Origin: an uncultured Gemmatimonadaceae bacterium
GTDB taxonomy: Bacteria > Gemmatimonadota > Gemmatimonadetes > Gemmatimonadales > Gemmatimonadaceae
Assembly: GCA_963716745.1 (NCBI GenBank)
Contig: OY970320.1
Location: 2,240,001-2,304,000 of the forward strand
Direction: 5' to 3'
Length of the DNA stretch: 64,000 nt
Positions within the stretch are counted from its first letter, which is position 1. Each line of letters opens with the position of its first letter. A program made the position numbers and the translations under genes. Below the pieces are notes generated by a model. It worked only from the letters and a program-made list of their open reading frames with translations. It did not search any database and had not been told where the DNA came from. Below, piece by piece: positions 20,919 to 30,387 of the stretch.

Positions 20919-21004
20919 AACTGCTTTGACAGGATTAACATGATGAATGTGATTGAACTGCGCCGTTCAATCATTCTCATCATGTAAATCCTGTCAAAGC
21001 AGTT
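20919..21004. repeat. Family C palindrome, copy 2, inverted relative to copy 1
   Basis: AACTGCTTTGACAGGATTAACATGATG...CATCATGTAAATCCTGTCAAAGCAGTT, close to the reverse complement of 18873-18960. Confidence 0.9.
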
Positions 21005-21094
21005 GTTAAGATATGGCGATACCGCGAGACCGGAGCCGTGACCATGGCCGTCTCCCGTTCCGCGTCGTCCGTTCGCGGACTAAACTACCTCTTA

Positions 21095-22669
21095 ATGACG
21101 AAGAAGAAAGAACCGCCCGCCGGCGACACGGACGCCGAACTCCTCGCGCGCTTGCGCAGCACCACGGAGCTGCTCGAGCAGATCATCGCCGATCGGGGCG
21201 TGCTCGTGGGCATTCCGGCCGAGGAACGGAGACGCCTGCTGCACGCGGTGGGGCAGGTCTACCATCCCGACGCGAATGCGCGCCGGCAGATGGTGCGCGC
21301 CACGACGCGCCGGCGCAAAGCCGAGCGCATCAAGAAGGAGGACAAGTCGCTCCACGCGACCGGCATCCGCACGCTGCGGCGCCAGACGGTGTTCACCACG
21401 CCCAACGTCTTCCCGCCCGAGGGATTCACACAGCAGGACATGGACGCCGAGCCCGAATTCCGCGAGGCGCTCGATCCGCAGCATTGCTACGTCTGCAAGA
21501 AGAAGTTCACGAAACTGCACCACTTCTACGATCAGCTCTGCCCCACGTGCGCGGAGTTCAATTTCGAGAAGCGCACGGAGCTCGCCGACCTGCGCGGCCG
21601 CGTGGCGCTGCTCACCGGCGGACGCGTGAAGATCGGCTACCAGGCCGGACTCAAGCTGCTGCGCTGCGGCGCGCGGCTGATCGTCACGACGCGCTTTCCG
21701 CGCGACTCGGCGCAGCGCTATGCGAAGGAGCCGGATTTCGCGGAGTGGGGCGATCGCCTCGAGATCTTCGGTCTCGACCTGCGGCACACGCCGAGCGTGG
21801 AAGCGTTCTGTCACGAGATGCTCACGACGCGCGACCGGCTGGATTTCATCGTGAACAACGCGTGCCAGACCGTGCGCCGTCCGCCGGATTTCTACGAGCA
21901 CATGATGGCGGGTGAGAAGGCGGCGCTGCGCGACATGTCGCGCGAGGTGCGCAAATTGCTCGGCGCGTACGAGGGGCTGCGCGGCTATCACATGCTGCCC
22001 GAGTCGGAGGGGACGGGTACCGCGGCGGTGCCGACGGATCGGAGGCTGACCGATGTCGCGGGCATTACGCACGCGGCGGAACTGTCGCAGCTCAAACTGT
22101 TGCCCGAGGAGCGCGAGGCGCAGAAGGCGCTCTTCCCCGAGGGGCGGCTCGACCAGGACCTGCAGCAGGTGGACCTGCGCGAGCGAAACTCCTGGCGCCT
22201 GCTCATGGCCGAAGTGCCGAGCGTGGAACTGCTCGAGGTGCATCTCGTGAACGCGGTGGCGCCGTTCATCTTCAATGCGCGCTTGAAACCGCTCATGACG
22301 CGCACGCCGGAGCGCGACAAACACATCGTGAACGTGTCGGCGGTGGAAGGGCAGTTCTACCGGAAGTTCAAGACCACGCGGCATCCGCACACGAACATGG
22401 CGAAGGCCGCGCTGAACATGATGACGCGCACGGCGGCCACGGATTACCAGCACGACGGCATCCACATGAACAGCGTGGACACGGGGTGGGTGACCGACGA
22501 GGACCCGGTGGAGATCGCGGCGCGGAAGGTGGCGGAGCATCGCTTCCATCCGCCGCTCGATATCGTGGACGGGGCGGCGCGCATCGTGGATCCGATCATC
22601 GCGGGCATCAAGACCGGAGATCATGTCTGGGGGCAGTTCCTGAAGGACTATCAGCCCACAGATTGGTAG
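21095..22669 (+). CDS. Atypical SDR oxidoreductase with N-terminal CxxC...CxxC
   Basis: CYVC...CPTC; ALLTGGRVKIG; VNNA; VNVSAVEG; HTNMAKAAL. Confidence 0.9.
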   Translation: MTKKKEPPAGDTDAELLARLRSTTELLEQIIADRGVLVGIPAEERRRLLHAVGQVYHPDANARRQMVRATTRRRKAERIKKEDKSLHATGIRTLRRQTVFTTPNVFPPEGFTQQDMDAEPEFREALDPQHCYVCKKKFTKLHHFYDQLCPTCAEFNFEKRTELADLRGRVALLTGGRVKIGYQAGLKLLRCGARLIVTTRFPRDSAQRYAKEPDFAEWGDRLEIFGLDLRHTPSVEAFCHEMLTTRDRLDFIVNNACQTVRRPPDFYEHMMAGEKAALRDMSREVRKLLGAYEGLRGYHMLPESEGTGTAAVPTDRRLTDVAGITHAAELSQLKLLPEEREAQKALFPEGRLDQDLQQVDLRERNSWRLLMAEVPSVELLEVHLVNAVAPFIFNARLKPLMTRTPERDKHIVNVSAVEGQFYRKFKTTRHPHTNMAKAALNMMTRTAATDYQHDGIHMNSVDTGWVTDEDPVEIAARKVAEHRFHPPLDIVDGAARIVDPIIAGIKTGDHVWGQFLKDYQPTDW

Positions 22670-22724
22670 GGCGCGGGACTTGGGGCTCGGGACTCGCCGC
22701 GGGACGCGCAACTACGGGAGGTCC

Positions 22725-23837
22725 ATGCGCTATCGAAGGATGCCGATCGAGGTCGAGTCTCCCGAGGAGATGGGGTACGCCTCCATCCGCTGCAATCTGG
22801 CGGAGAGTTCAATGCGGGACCGGGTGCTCGGGGATCTTGGGCTCGACGTGGACCTCGGGAAGACGATCCTCCTTTATGGCGATCATCGGGGGCATCCGGA
22901 GCTGCGGGCGTTGCTCGCTGGCGAGAGTGGGTGCTCGGCGTCCCAGGTGCTCCTCACGCCGGGCGCAGCGGGAGCGCTGTTCATCGTTTCCACGAGCCTG
23001 CTCTCGGCGGGCGATCATCTCGTGGTGCTGCGGCCCAACTACGCGACCAATATCGAGACGCCGCGCGCGATCGGATGCGACATCTCGTTCGTCGAACTGT
23101 CGCTCGACAAGGGATTCCGCTACACCGCCAGCGACATCGCGGCGGCGATGACGCCGCGTACGAAGCTCGTGAGCATCACGAATCCGCATAACCCCACCGG
23201 CACGGTGCTCGATCAGGCGGAGCTGGCGCGGATCGTCGAAACGGTATCGGCGCGCGGCGCGTATCTGCTCGTGGACGAGACCTACCGGGACCTCACCGTT
23301 TCGACGCCGCGGCCCTTCGCGACCACGTTGAGCGATCGCGTGATCAGCGTCGCGTCGCTCTCCAAGGCGTACGGCATGCCGGGGCTCCGCATCGGCTGGC
23401 TCATGACGCGCGATACCGAGCTCAACGAGACATTCTTGGCGGCCAAGGAACAGATGCTCATTTGCGGCGCCGTGCTCGATGAGGAGATCGGCTATCGCGT
23501 GTACAAGCGCCGCACGCAGGAGCTGCCCAAGATCGCCGCTTCAGTACAGCGCGGCGTCGCGTCGCTCACGGCGTTCATGGCGCGCGAGCCGGCTATGGAG
23601 TGGGTCGCGCCGGCGGGCGGCGTCGTGGCGTTCCCGGCCATCCGGAAGGACGCCGGCGTGAACGTGCCCAAGTTCTACGAGACGCTGAACGGGGCGCACG
23701 CGACATTCGTGGGGCCCGGCCACTGGTTCGAGCAGCACGACCGGTTCATGCGCGTCGGATTCGGCTGGCCCTCGGCGGGAGAGTTCGAGGAAGGACTGCA
23801 GAACATCAGCGCGTCCATCGCCACGGCGCGCATGTGA
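22725..23837 (+). CDS. PLP-dependent aminotransferase class I/II
   Basis: GGAGG RBS; TNPHNPTG, VDETY, SLSKAYGMPGLRIGW. Confidence 0.93.
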   Translation: MRYRRMPIEVESPEEMGYASIRCNLAESSMRDRVLGDLGLDVDLGKTILLYGDHRGHPELRALLAGESGCSASQVLLTPGAAGALFIVSTSLLSAGDHLVVLRPNYATNIETPRAIGCDISFVELSLDKGFRYTASDIAAAMTPRTKLVSITNPHNPTGTVLDQAELARIVETVSARGAYLLVDETYRDLTVSTPRPFATTLSDRVISVASLSKAYGMPGLRIGWLMTRDTELNETFLAAKEQMLICGAVLDEEIGYRVYKRRTQELPKIAASVQRGVASLTAFMAREPAMEWVAPAGGVVAFPAIRKDAGVNVPKFYETLNGAHATFVGPGHWFEQHDRFMRVGFGWPSAGEFEEGLQNISASIATARM

Positions 23838-24595
23838 GGCGAGTGCTCGCGGCTGGCGCACTCTTGGCGGCGGTCGCGTCCGCTACCGCGCAGACCGACG
23901 AGATCCAGGTCTACGACGGCGCCATCGCCAAGCCCGGCGAGCTCACGATCACGCTCCACACCAACTTCGTAGCGAGCGGCGATACGACGCCCGGATTCCC
24001 GGGAGCGGTGACCGCGAACCACTCGCTGAATGGCGTTCCCGAGTTCGGCTATGGCGTTGCCGATTGGTTCGAGGCAGGATTGTATCTGCCACTCTGGAGT
24101 CTCGATGCGCATGAGGGATTCGGGCTTAATGGCTTCAAGCTGCGCGCGCTGTTCGTGTCGCCGAACGCCGACGATCGAAAGTTCGCGTACGGCGTGAATT
24201 TCGAATTCAGCGTGAACGCGCCGCGCTGGGACCCCAAGGAGTTCACCTCGGAGATCAGAATGATCCTCGCATGGCATCTCAAGCCGGTGGACATCATCGT
24301 GAATCCGATCTTCGACACCGACTATTCCACTTTCGAGAATCTCGATTTCGCCCCCTGCGCGCGCATCGACTACAACGTGGGCACCGTGTGGTCGTTCGCG
24401 CTCGAGGAATACTCGGACTATGGCCCGGTGCACGACATCCAACCGTGGAACGATCAGTCGCACCAGCTTTTCGCGGTGGTGGACCACTACGGCAAGACAT
24501 GGGATGCCGAGTTCGGAGTGGGCGTGGGACTCACGAGCGCATCCGACCGGCTCACGCTCAAGATGATCCTGGCCCGTTCCCTGAACGGAAAGTGA
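23834..24595 (+). CDS. Secreted or outer-membrane beta-barrel-like hypothetical protein
   Basis: GTGA overlap start; signal peptide; DEIQVYD; amphipathic beta strands. Confidence 0.75.
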   Translation: MRRVLAAGALLAAVASATAQTDEIQVYDGAIAKPGELTITLHTNFVASGDTTPGFPGAVTANHSLNGVPEFGYGVADWFEAGLYLPLWSLDAHEGFGLNGFKLRALFVSPNADDRKFAYGVNFEFSVNAPRWDPKEFTSEIRMILAWHLKPVDIIVNPIFDTDYSTFENLDFAPCARIDYNVGTVWSFALEEYSDYGPVHDIQPWNDQSHQLFAVVDHYGKTWDAEFGVGVGLTSASDRLTLKMILARSLNGK

Positions 24596-25140
24596 GCGCC
24601 CGCACTCGCTGGTGTCTCGCGTTCGCCGCGCTGCTCGCCGCGACCGCGCCGGTGCCCGCGCAGGATGTCCTGTCATTCACCGTCCCCGCGGCGCCCTGGT
24701 ATCTCACGCTGCCCAAGGGCAGGATCACCGTGCAGGAGCAGAAGGTCGATACCAGCGGACGTTCCGGATATTTCACCATGACCGATGGCGCGGGTGACAT
24801 CACGATCACGTTCAACATCCAACCGGCGGTCATGTGCCACGACAGCGCCGCATGCCGCGACAGTCTGCGGGCGCGTGGCAATCCCGAATGGACGAACGCC
24901 GAGCGCAAGTCGGACGGCAAGATCGGCGACATCTCCTACTTCGAGTTCTACATCGCGTCCTACGGCGGGATCCCGGTGAAGCAGGAGAACGTCTACGCTG
25001 AGTTCGTGCACGACGGATTCTGGGTGGATCTGCACATCTCCAAGGTGCAGTACACCAAGGAAGCTCACGTGCTATTCGAGAATATCGTGAAGTCCATCCG
25101 CTTCGTGTCGAAGGAGCAGAAGCCGGCGAAGGGACGGTGA
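24592..25140 (+). CDS. Secreted hypothetical protein
   Basis: GTGA overlap start; signal peptide ending VPA-QD. Confidence 0.7.
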   Translation: MSARTRWCLAFAALLAATAPVPAQDVLSFTVPAAPWYLTLPKGRITVQEQKVDTSGRSGYFTMTDGAGDITITFNIQPAVMCHDSAACRDSLRARGNPEWTNAERKSDGKIGDISYFEFYIASYGGIPVKQENVYAEFVHDGFWVDLHISKVQYTKEAHVLFENIVKSIRFVSKEQKPAKGR

Positions 25141-25141
25141 C

Positions 25142-25831
25142 GTGAGAGTCCTGCTCTTCGGCGCCACCGGCATGGCGGGACGCGCCGTGTTCGAGGCGTG
25201 CATCGCGTCGCCGGTGGTCACGCAGCTGCGCGCCGTGACCCGAAGACCGCTCACCGACCCCTCGCGGAAATTCGTCAGCGTGGTGCACACGGACCTGGGC
25301 GACCCGGCGGCGATCGAGTTGGCGTTCGTGGACGTGGACGTCTGCCTCTTCTGCGTTGGGATCTCGGTGAGCCAGGTGTCCGGCGAGGACGAGTACCGGC
25401 GGATCACCTATGACTTCCCGCTCATCTCAGCGGACGCGCTGCGCAAGTGCAGCCCGGCGGCGCAATTCCAATACCTGAGCGGCGACGGCGCCGGCCTCGA
25501 GAGCCGCTTCATGTGGGCGCGCGTGAAGGCGGAGGCCGAGCGCGATCTCATCGAGGTGTTTCAGGCCGTGTGCTGGCGCCCCATGGCGATCGGCGCGAAG
25601 CCCTCGGGCAACACGCCGTTCGCGTTCAAGCTCGTGCGGCCGTTCTTCCCGCTGCTCAAGTATTCGCGGCGACTCTTCGTGAGCGGCGAGGACCTCGGCC
25701 GCGCGATGCTGCAAGCGCAGATCGCGGGAGTGCGCAGCCGTGTGCTGCACTCGGCGGAGATTCGGGATTTCGCGGATCGATATAGTGCATCGCACATCGG
25801 GCATCGTGCATTGGGGCCTCGAGCCGTCTAG
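25142..25831 (+). CDS. NAD(P)-binding Rossmann-fold (epimerase-like) protein
   Basis: VLLFGATGMAG; FMWARVKAEAE. Confidence 0.85.
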   Translation: MRVLLFGATGMAGRAVFEACIASPVVTQLRAVTRRPLTDPSRKFVSVVHTDLGDPAAIELAFVDVDVCLFCVGISVSQVSGEDEYRRITYDFPLISADALRKCSPAAQFQYLSGDGAGLESRFMWARVKAEAERDLIEVFQAVCWRPMAIGAKPSGNTPFAFKLVRPFFPLLKYSRRLFVSGEDLGRAMLQAQIAGVRSRVLHSAEIRDFADRYSASHIGHRALGPRAV

Positions 25832-25841
25832 GAGGAGATTC

Positions 25842-26492
25842 ATGTTCGTCGGGCATTACGGTGCAAGCTTCGCGGGGAAGAAGGTGGATACGACGGTGCC
25901 GCTCTGGGTGCTCTTCCTCGCGGTGCAGTGGCTCGATGTCATGTGGAGCGTGCTGGTGTTCGCCGGTGTCGAGAAGGTGCGCATCGCGCCCGGCTTCACA
26001 GGCACGAATCCGCTCGACCTCTACTACATGCCGTACACGCACGGGCTGATCACCGCACTCCTCTGGTCATTCGGCGCGATGTTGGTGTACCGCTCATTCT
26101 GGCATGGCGCGACCGCGCGCGCGGGTTGGGTCGTCGCGGCGGCCGTCCTCTCGCATTGGGTACTCGACTTCATCGTCCACACACCCGACCTGCCACTATA
26201 CGGGAACAGCGCGAAGGTCGGACTCGGGCTGTGGAATATGCCCGCTCTGTCACTCGGTCTCGAGATCGTAGTCTTCTTCGGCGGACTCTGGTTGTACTTC
26301 AGCACGGGCGTGAGGCGCCGCGCGCAGTTCGTGATCTTCGGTGTGGTGATGTTCGCCGTGCAGATCTTCAGTTCATTCGGCCCGCCGCCGCCGACGGATA
26401 GGGCGATGGCGGCGGAAGCATTCTCGGCTTACATCATGTTCGCCGCGATCATCGCGTGGTTGGAGAAGCGAGAGATCGCCGCGAGAGCCTAG
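25842..26492 (+). CDS. Membrane-bound metal-dependent hydrolase-like protein
   Basis: AGGAG RBS; MFVGH, PYTHG, SHWVLDFIVH, GLGLW. Confidence 0.8.
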   Translation: MFVGHYGASFAGKKVDTTVPLWVLFLAVQWLDVMWSVLVFAGVEKVRIAPGFTGTNPLDLYYMPYTHGLITALLWSFGAMLVYRSFWHGATARAGWVVAAAVLSHWVLDFIVHTPDLPLYGNSAKVGLGLWNMPALSLGLEIVVFFGGLWLYFSTGVRRRAQFVIFGVVMFAVQIFSSFGPPPPTDRAMAAEAFSAYIMFAAIIAWLEKREIAARA

Positions 26493-27887
26493 AACGGATT
26501 ATCCGGCAGCACGATGAATCGCGGCCGGTCCACCACCACGCCGTCGAGATGCAGCAGCGAGAGTCCCGACGCCCGCGGCGCCCTGCATCATTCCCGTCTG
26601 CGCGACCACATCCGCGGGCGAGATGCGGTTCTCGGCCTGGACCCACTTCATGCCGTCGCCATCCAGCGTCGCGCGCGCGAGTGTATCGTTCGCCACAGTC
26701 ACAGCGAATACGAGATGCCGGCGCTCCTTGGTGATCCCGTGCAGCGACACGAAGAACTCGCACACGCCTGAATTGCCGCAGCACTGCGAGATGTTGTTCC
26801 AGTAGCCCGAGAGATCGGGATGTTTCTCGGGCACGCCGCTGTCGATGATCCCCTGCGCGAGCTTCGGCACATAGCTGGTGTACTTCGAGTCGCCGGTCGC
26901 GACACCAAGCTGATGATAGAGTCGCGCGGTGCCCGCCGGCCCATGGCACCAGCTGAGATAGAAGAGATCCTCGCCGCCGGGCTCGTGATGGAAGACCTTC
27001 TTGCCTGTGGGTCCCGTGGGCGTCGCGATCGCGTCGAGATACGTCGCGCCCGCGATCGCCGCGTCGAGGAATGCGCGGTCCTTCGTCGCGAGGTACAGCG
27101 TCGCGAGAAAGTATGACACGCCCCCCGTGCCGTGCGAGAAGTTCGGATACAGTTTCGGCACTTCCGGCGCGAGCATCCACTTGAGCCCACCCTTCTCGGG
27201 GATCCCCACCTCGACGAGATGCCGCCCCGCGCCGATCGCCGCGTCGCGCGCCTTGGCGTCGCCGAGCGCTTTCTCCGCCCAGAGCATCGTGAGACCGATG
27301 CCCGCACTCCCGGCGATGATGTCGTTCACGCTGTTCCAGGCCATGCCGTTCCCCGCGGGCTTCGCGGCGGCATGCAGCAGCGACATCGCGCGCTGCGCCC
27401 CAGCGTAGTAGACATCGCGCCCGCTCGCGGCGTGGGTGCGCTCGAGCACGTATGCGAATCCGGCGGCGCCGGTGTACAGTCCCGCACCCTCGTCGCCGAG
27501 CTGCGACGCGTCGGCGGGAAGCGTCGCGATGAGATAGTCCGCGCCACTCGTGGCGCGCTCGAGCATCGCCGGATCCTTGGTGGCGGCGTACATCTCCAGA
27601 TAGAACAGCACGACGCCCGGCATGCCGTTGTACAAGTCCGTGCTGATGCTGTCGGGTTTGAGCGGATCCGCCGGCCACGCGGTGCCGCGCGCGTCACGCA
27701 CCGCGCTGCGCCTGATCCAGCGCTCGGCCTGGAACGACGCGTTGTACCACGGCCGGCTGGGCGCGAAGAAGTCGAGGAAGAACCGGCGCCATCCGGCCGG
27801 CGCGGTGATCATCGCCGCGAACGCCGCCCCGCGCTCGAGCAACGCGCGCCGCGTGAACCCCTCGTGTGAGCCGGTGTCGTACGCCAT
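26489..27887 (-). CDS. Lanthionine synthetase C-like (LanC-like) protein with Tat-like leader; frameshift near 26566
   Basis: TRRALL leader; repeated LYxGxxG; FSHG, WCHG, QCCG; removing one base gives C-terminus GLSLLHLDG...LPDNPF*. Confidence 0.9.
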
Positions 27888-27892
27888 TCGCT

Positions 27893-27922
27893 ATCCTATG
27901 GAAAGTCTCATGCGCATGTCAA
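27893..27922 (-). promoter_or_regulatory. Putative sigma70 promoter of the LanC-like gene, possibly leaderless
   Basis: Minus strand TTGACA-N18-TAGGAT, 5 nt before the ATG, no RBS seen. Confidence 0.5.
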
Positions 27923-27960
27923 TGTGGGACTACTACAGTTCCGAGAGCTCTCAAAGCTCC

Positions 27961-28214
27961 GCGCGCGGGAACACAGCTATCACGGTTCATGTTTAACGGG
28001 ATACGGCGGAGGAAGCGCGGATGCGCTGGATCGTTCCTTGGGTGCGAGGGGGCCGCTCTACCGAATCATGTTTGTGTCTTTGTTGTTAACAACAATAGCA
28101 ACGGCATGTTTGTGTCGCGGAGATCGGTTCCGCGCACGGGGCGATCCAGCGCATCCGCGCTTCCTCCGCCGCATCCCGTTAAACATGAACCGTGATCCAC
28201 GTGTTCCCGCGCGC
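27961..28214. repeat. Family A long palindrome, copy 3 (254 bp)
   Basis: Arms 27961-28033 and 28142-28214; centre TTGTTGTTAACAACAA at 28080-28095. Confidence 0.95.
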
Positions 28215-28312
28215 GGCCAGCCGCGGGCGCGCGGCGCCAGCCGTTCAGCTAGCCACATAGCATCTAAAGTCCTACTATTTGAATCTCACCTGATCGATCA
28301 CAGGAGCCACTG

Positions 28313-30367
28313 ATGCGCCATCGTCTGTTCTCTCTCGCCGCGGTCGCGGCGTGCGCCATGTCCGCTCACGCGCAGAAGGCCGCCTCCGATAAGCTCTCGC
28401 TCAAGGACATCTTCGAGCTCCAGTGGGCGGCCGATCCGCAGATCTCGCCTGACGGCAAGCGCGTCGTCTTCGAGCGCCAGGGCTTCGACATCATGAAGGA
28501 CAACACGAAGTCGTCGCTCTGGATCGTGAACGCCGACGGCTCCGATCTCCGGCCGCTGCTCGACCCCGCGCGGCAGGCCGGCAGCCCGCGCTGGTCGCCC
28601 GATGGCACGAAGCTCCTCTTCGTCGCCACGGTCGATGGCAAGAGCGACATCTTCGTCCGCTGGATGGACACCGGCGTCGAGGCGAAGCTCACGCATCTTC
28701 TCGAAGCGCCGCGTTCCATCGCGTGGTCGCCCGACGGCAAATGGCTCGCGTTCGACATGTTCGTGCCCGACGATCCGAAGCCGTTCGTGCAGCTTCCCGC
28801 GCCTCCGGCGGGCGCGGACTGGGGACCGCCGGTGCAGTTCATCGATCAAGTGCAGTACCGCTTCGACGGCCGCGGCTATCTCCGCCGCGGGCACGTGCAC
28901 ATCTTCGCGCTGCCCGCCGAAGGCGGCACGGCGCGCCAGATCACCGACGGCGCGTGGGATGATGGCGCGCCGGAATGGAGTCCCGACGGTGCGGCCATCG
29001 TCTTCTCCGGGAATCGCAGCGTCGATGCCGAGTATGAGCCGAACAACAGCGAGATCTATGAAGTACCCGCGGCGGGCGGCGTGGTGAAGACGCTCACCAC
29101 GCGTTACGGCCCCGATAACGAGCCCGTCGTCTCGCCCGACGGCAAGACCATCGCCTACACCGGATTCGACGACAAGCATCAGGGTTATCAAGTCACGCAG
29201 ATCTACCTCATGGATCGCAGCGGCTCGAATTCGCGCTCGATCTCCGCGAAGCTCGACCGCGACGCCGGCGGTCTCGTGTGGAGCCGCGACGGAAAGGGAC
29301 TCTTCTTCCAGTACGATGACCAGGGCGACACCAAGATCGGATTCATCACCACATCCGGCGCGACCTCCGTCCTCGCGTCGCACCTCGGCGGCCTCGACCT
29401 CGGCCGCCCCTACGGCGGCGGATCGTTCACCGTGGCGAACACGGGCCGCTTCGCGTTCAACATGACCGCGCCGGATCATCCCGCCGACATCGCGGTGGGC
29501 GCCGCGGGCCAACAGGTGGTGCGCCTCACGCAGCTCAACGCCGATCTCTTCGCGCATCGCAGTCTCGCGCCGGTCGAAGAGGTGTGGTTCGCTTCGAGTT
29601 TCGACCAGCGCAAGGTGGAAGGCTGGATCGTGAAGCCGGCCGGATTCGACGCGTCGAAGAAATATCCATTGTTGCTCGAGATCCATGGCGGGCCGTTCGC
29701 GAACTACGGCGCGCGCTACGCGACCGAGATCCAACTCTACGCGGCGGCGGGCTACGTGGTGCTCTACACGAACCCGCGCGGCTCCACGAGCTACGGCCAG
29801 GAATTCGGGAATCTCATCCATCACGATTACCCGAACCACGACTACGATGACCTGATGAGCGGCGTGAACGCGGTGATCGCGAAAGGCTACGTGGACACGA
29901 CGAACATGATGGTCACCGGCGGCAGCGGCGGCGGTGTGCTCACGGCGTGGATCGTCGGGCACACGAACCGCTTCCGCGCGGCGGTGGTGCAGAAGCCGGT
30001 GATCAACTGGTACAGCTTCGTGCTCACCGCCGACGCCGACGCGTTCTTCACGAAGTACTGGTTCCCCGGCATGCCGTGGGACAATCAGGAGCAGTACATG
30101 AAGCGCTCGCCGATCACGTACGTGGGCAACGTGACCACGCCCACGATGTTGATCACGGGCGCCGTGGACTACCGTACGCCGAGTTCGGAGGCGGAGCAGT
30201 TCTATGAGGCGTTGAAGCTGCGGAAGATCCCGACCGCGATGGTGCGCGTGCCGAACGCATCGCACGAGATCTCCGCGATCCCGAGCCACATGATGGCGAA
30301 GGTCGCGTACATCCTGGGATGGTTCGCTCAGTACCGCACGGGCACGGGCGTGCCGTTGACGCCGTAG
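28313..30367 (+). CDS. S9 family (acylaminoacyl/dipeptidyl) peptidase
   Basis: PD40-type WSPDG repeats; IHGGP, NPRGS, TGGSGGG, D.R, H. Confidence 0.95.
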   Translation: MRHRLFSLAAVAACAMSAHAQKAASDKLSLKDIFELQWAADPQISPDGKRVVFERQGFDIMKDNTKSSLWIVNADGSDLRPLLDPARQAGSPRWSPDGTKLLFVATVDGKSDIFVRWMDTGVEAKLTHLLEAPRSIAWSPDGKWLAFDMFVPDDPKPFVQLPAPPAGADWGPPVQFIDQVQYRFDGRGYLRRGHVHIFALPAEGGTARQITDGAWDDGAPEWSPDGAAIVFSGNRSVDAEYEPNNSEIYEVPAAGGVVKTLTTRYGPDNEPVVSPDGKTIAYTGFDDKHQGYQVTQIYLMDRSGSNSRSISAKLDRDAGGLVWSRDGKGLFFQYDDQGDTKIGFITTSGATSVLASHLGGLDLGRPYGGGSFTVANTGRFAFNMTAPDHPADIAVGAAGQQVVRLTQLNADLFAHRSLAPVEEVWFASSFDQRKVEGWIVKPAGFDASKKYPLLLEIHGGPFANYGARYATEIQLYAAAGYVVLYTNPRGSTSYGQEFGNLIHHDYPNHDYDDLMSGVNAVIAKGYVDTTNMMVTGGSGGGVLTAWIVGHTNRFRAAVVQKPVINWYSFVLTADADAFFTKYWFPGMPWDNQEQYMKRSPITYVGNVTTPTMLITGAVDYRTPSSEAEQFYEALKLRKIPTAMVRVPNASHEISAIPSHMMAKVAYILGWFAQYRTGTGVPLTP

Positions 30368-30387
30368 CGCGAACGGAGGGAGAGATC

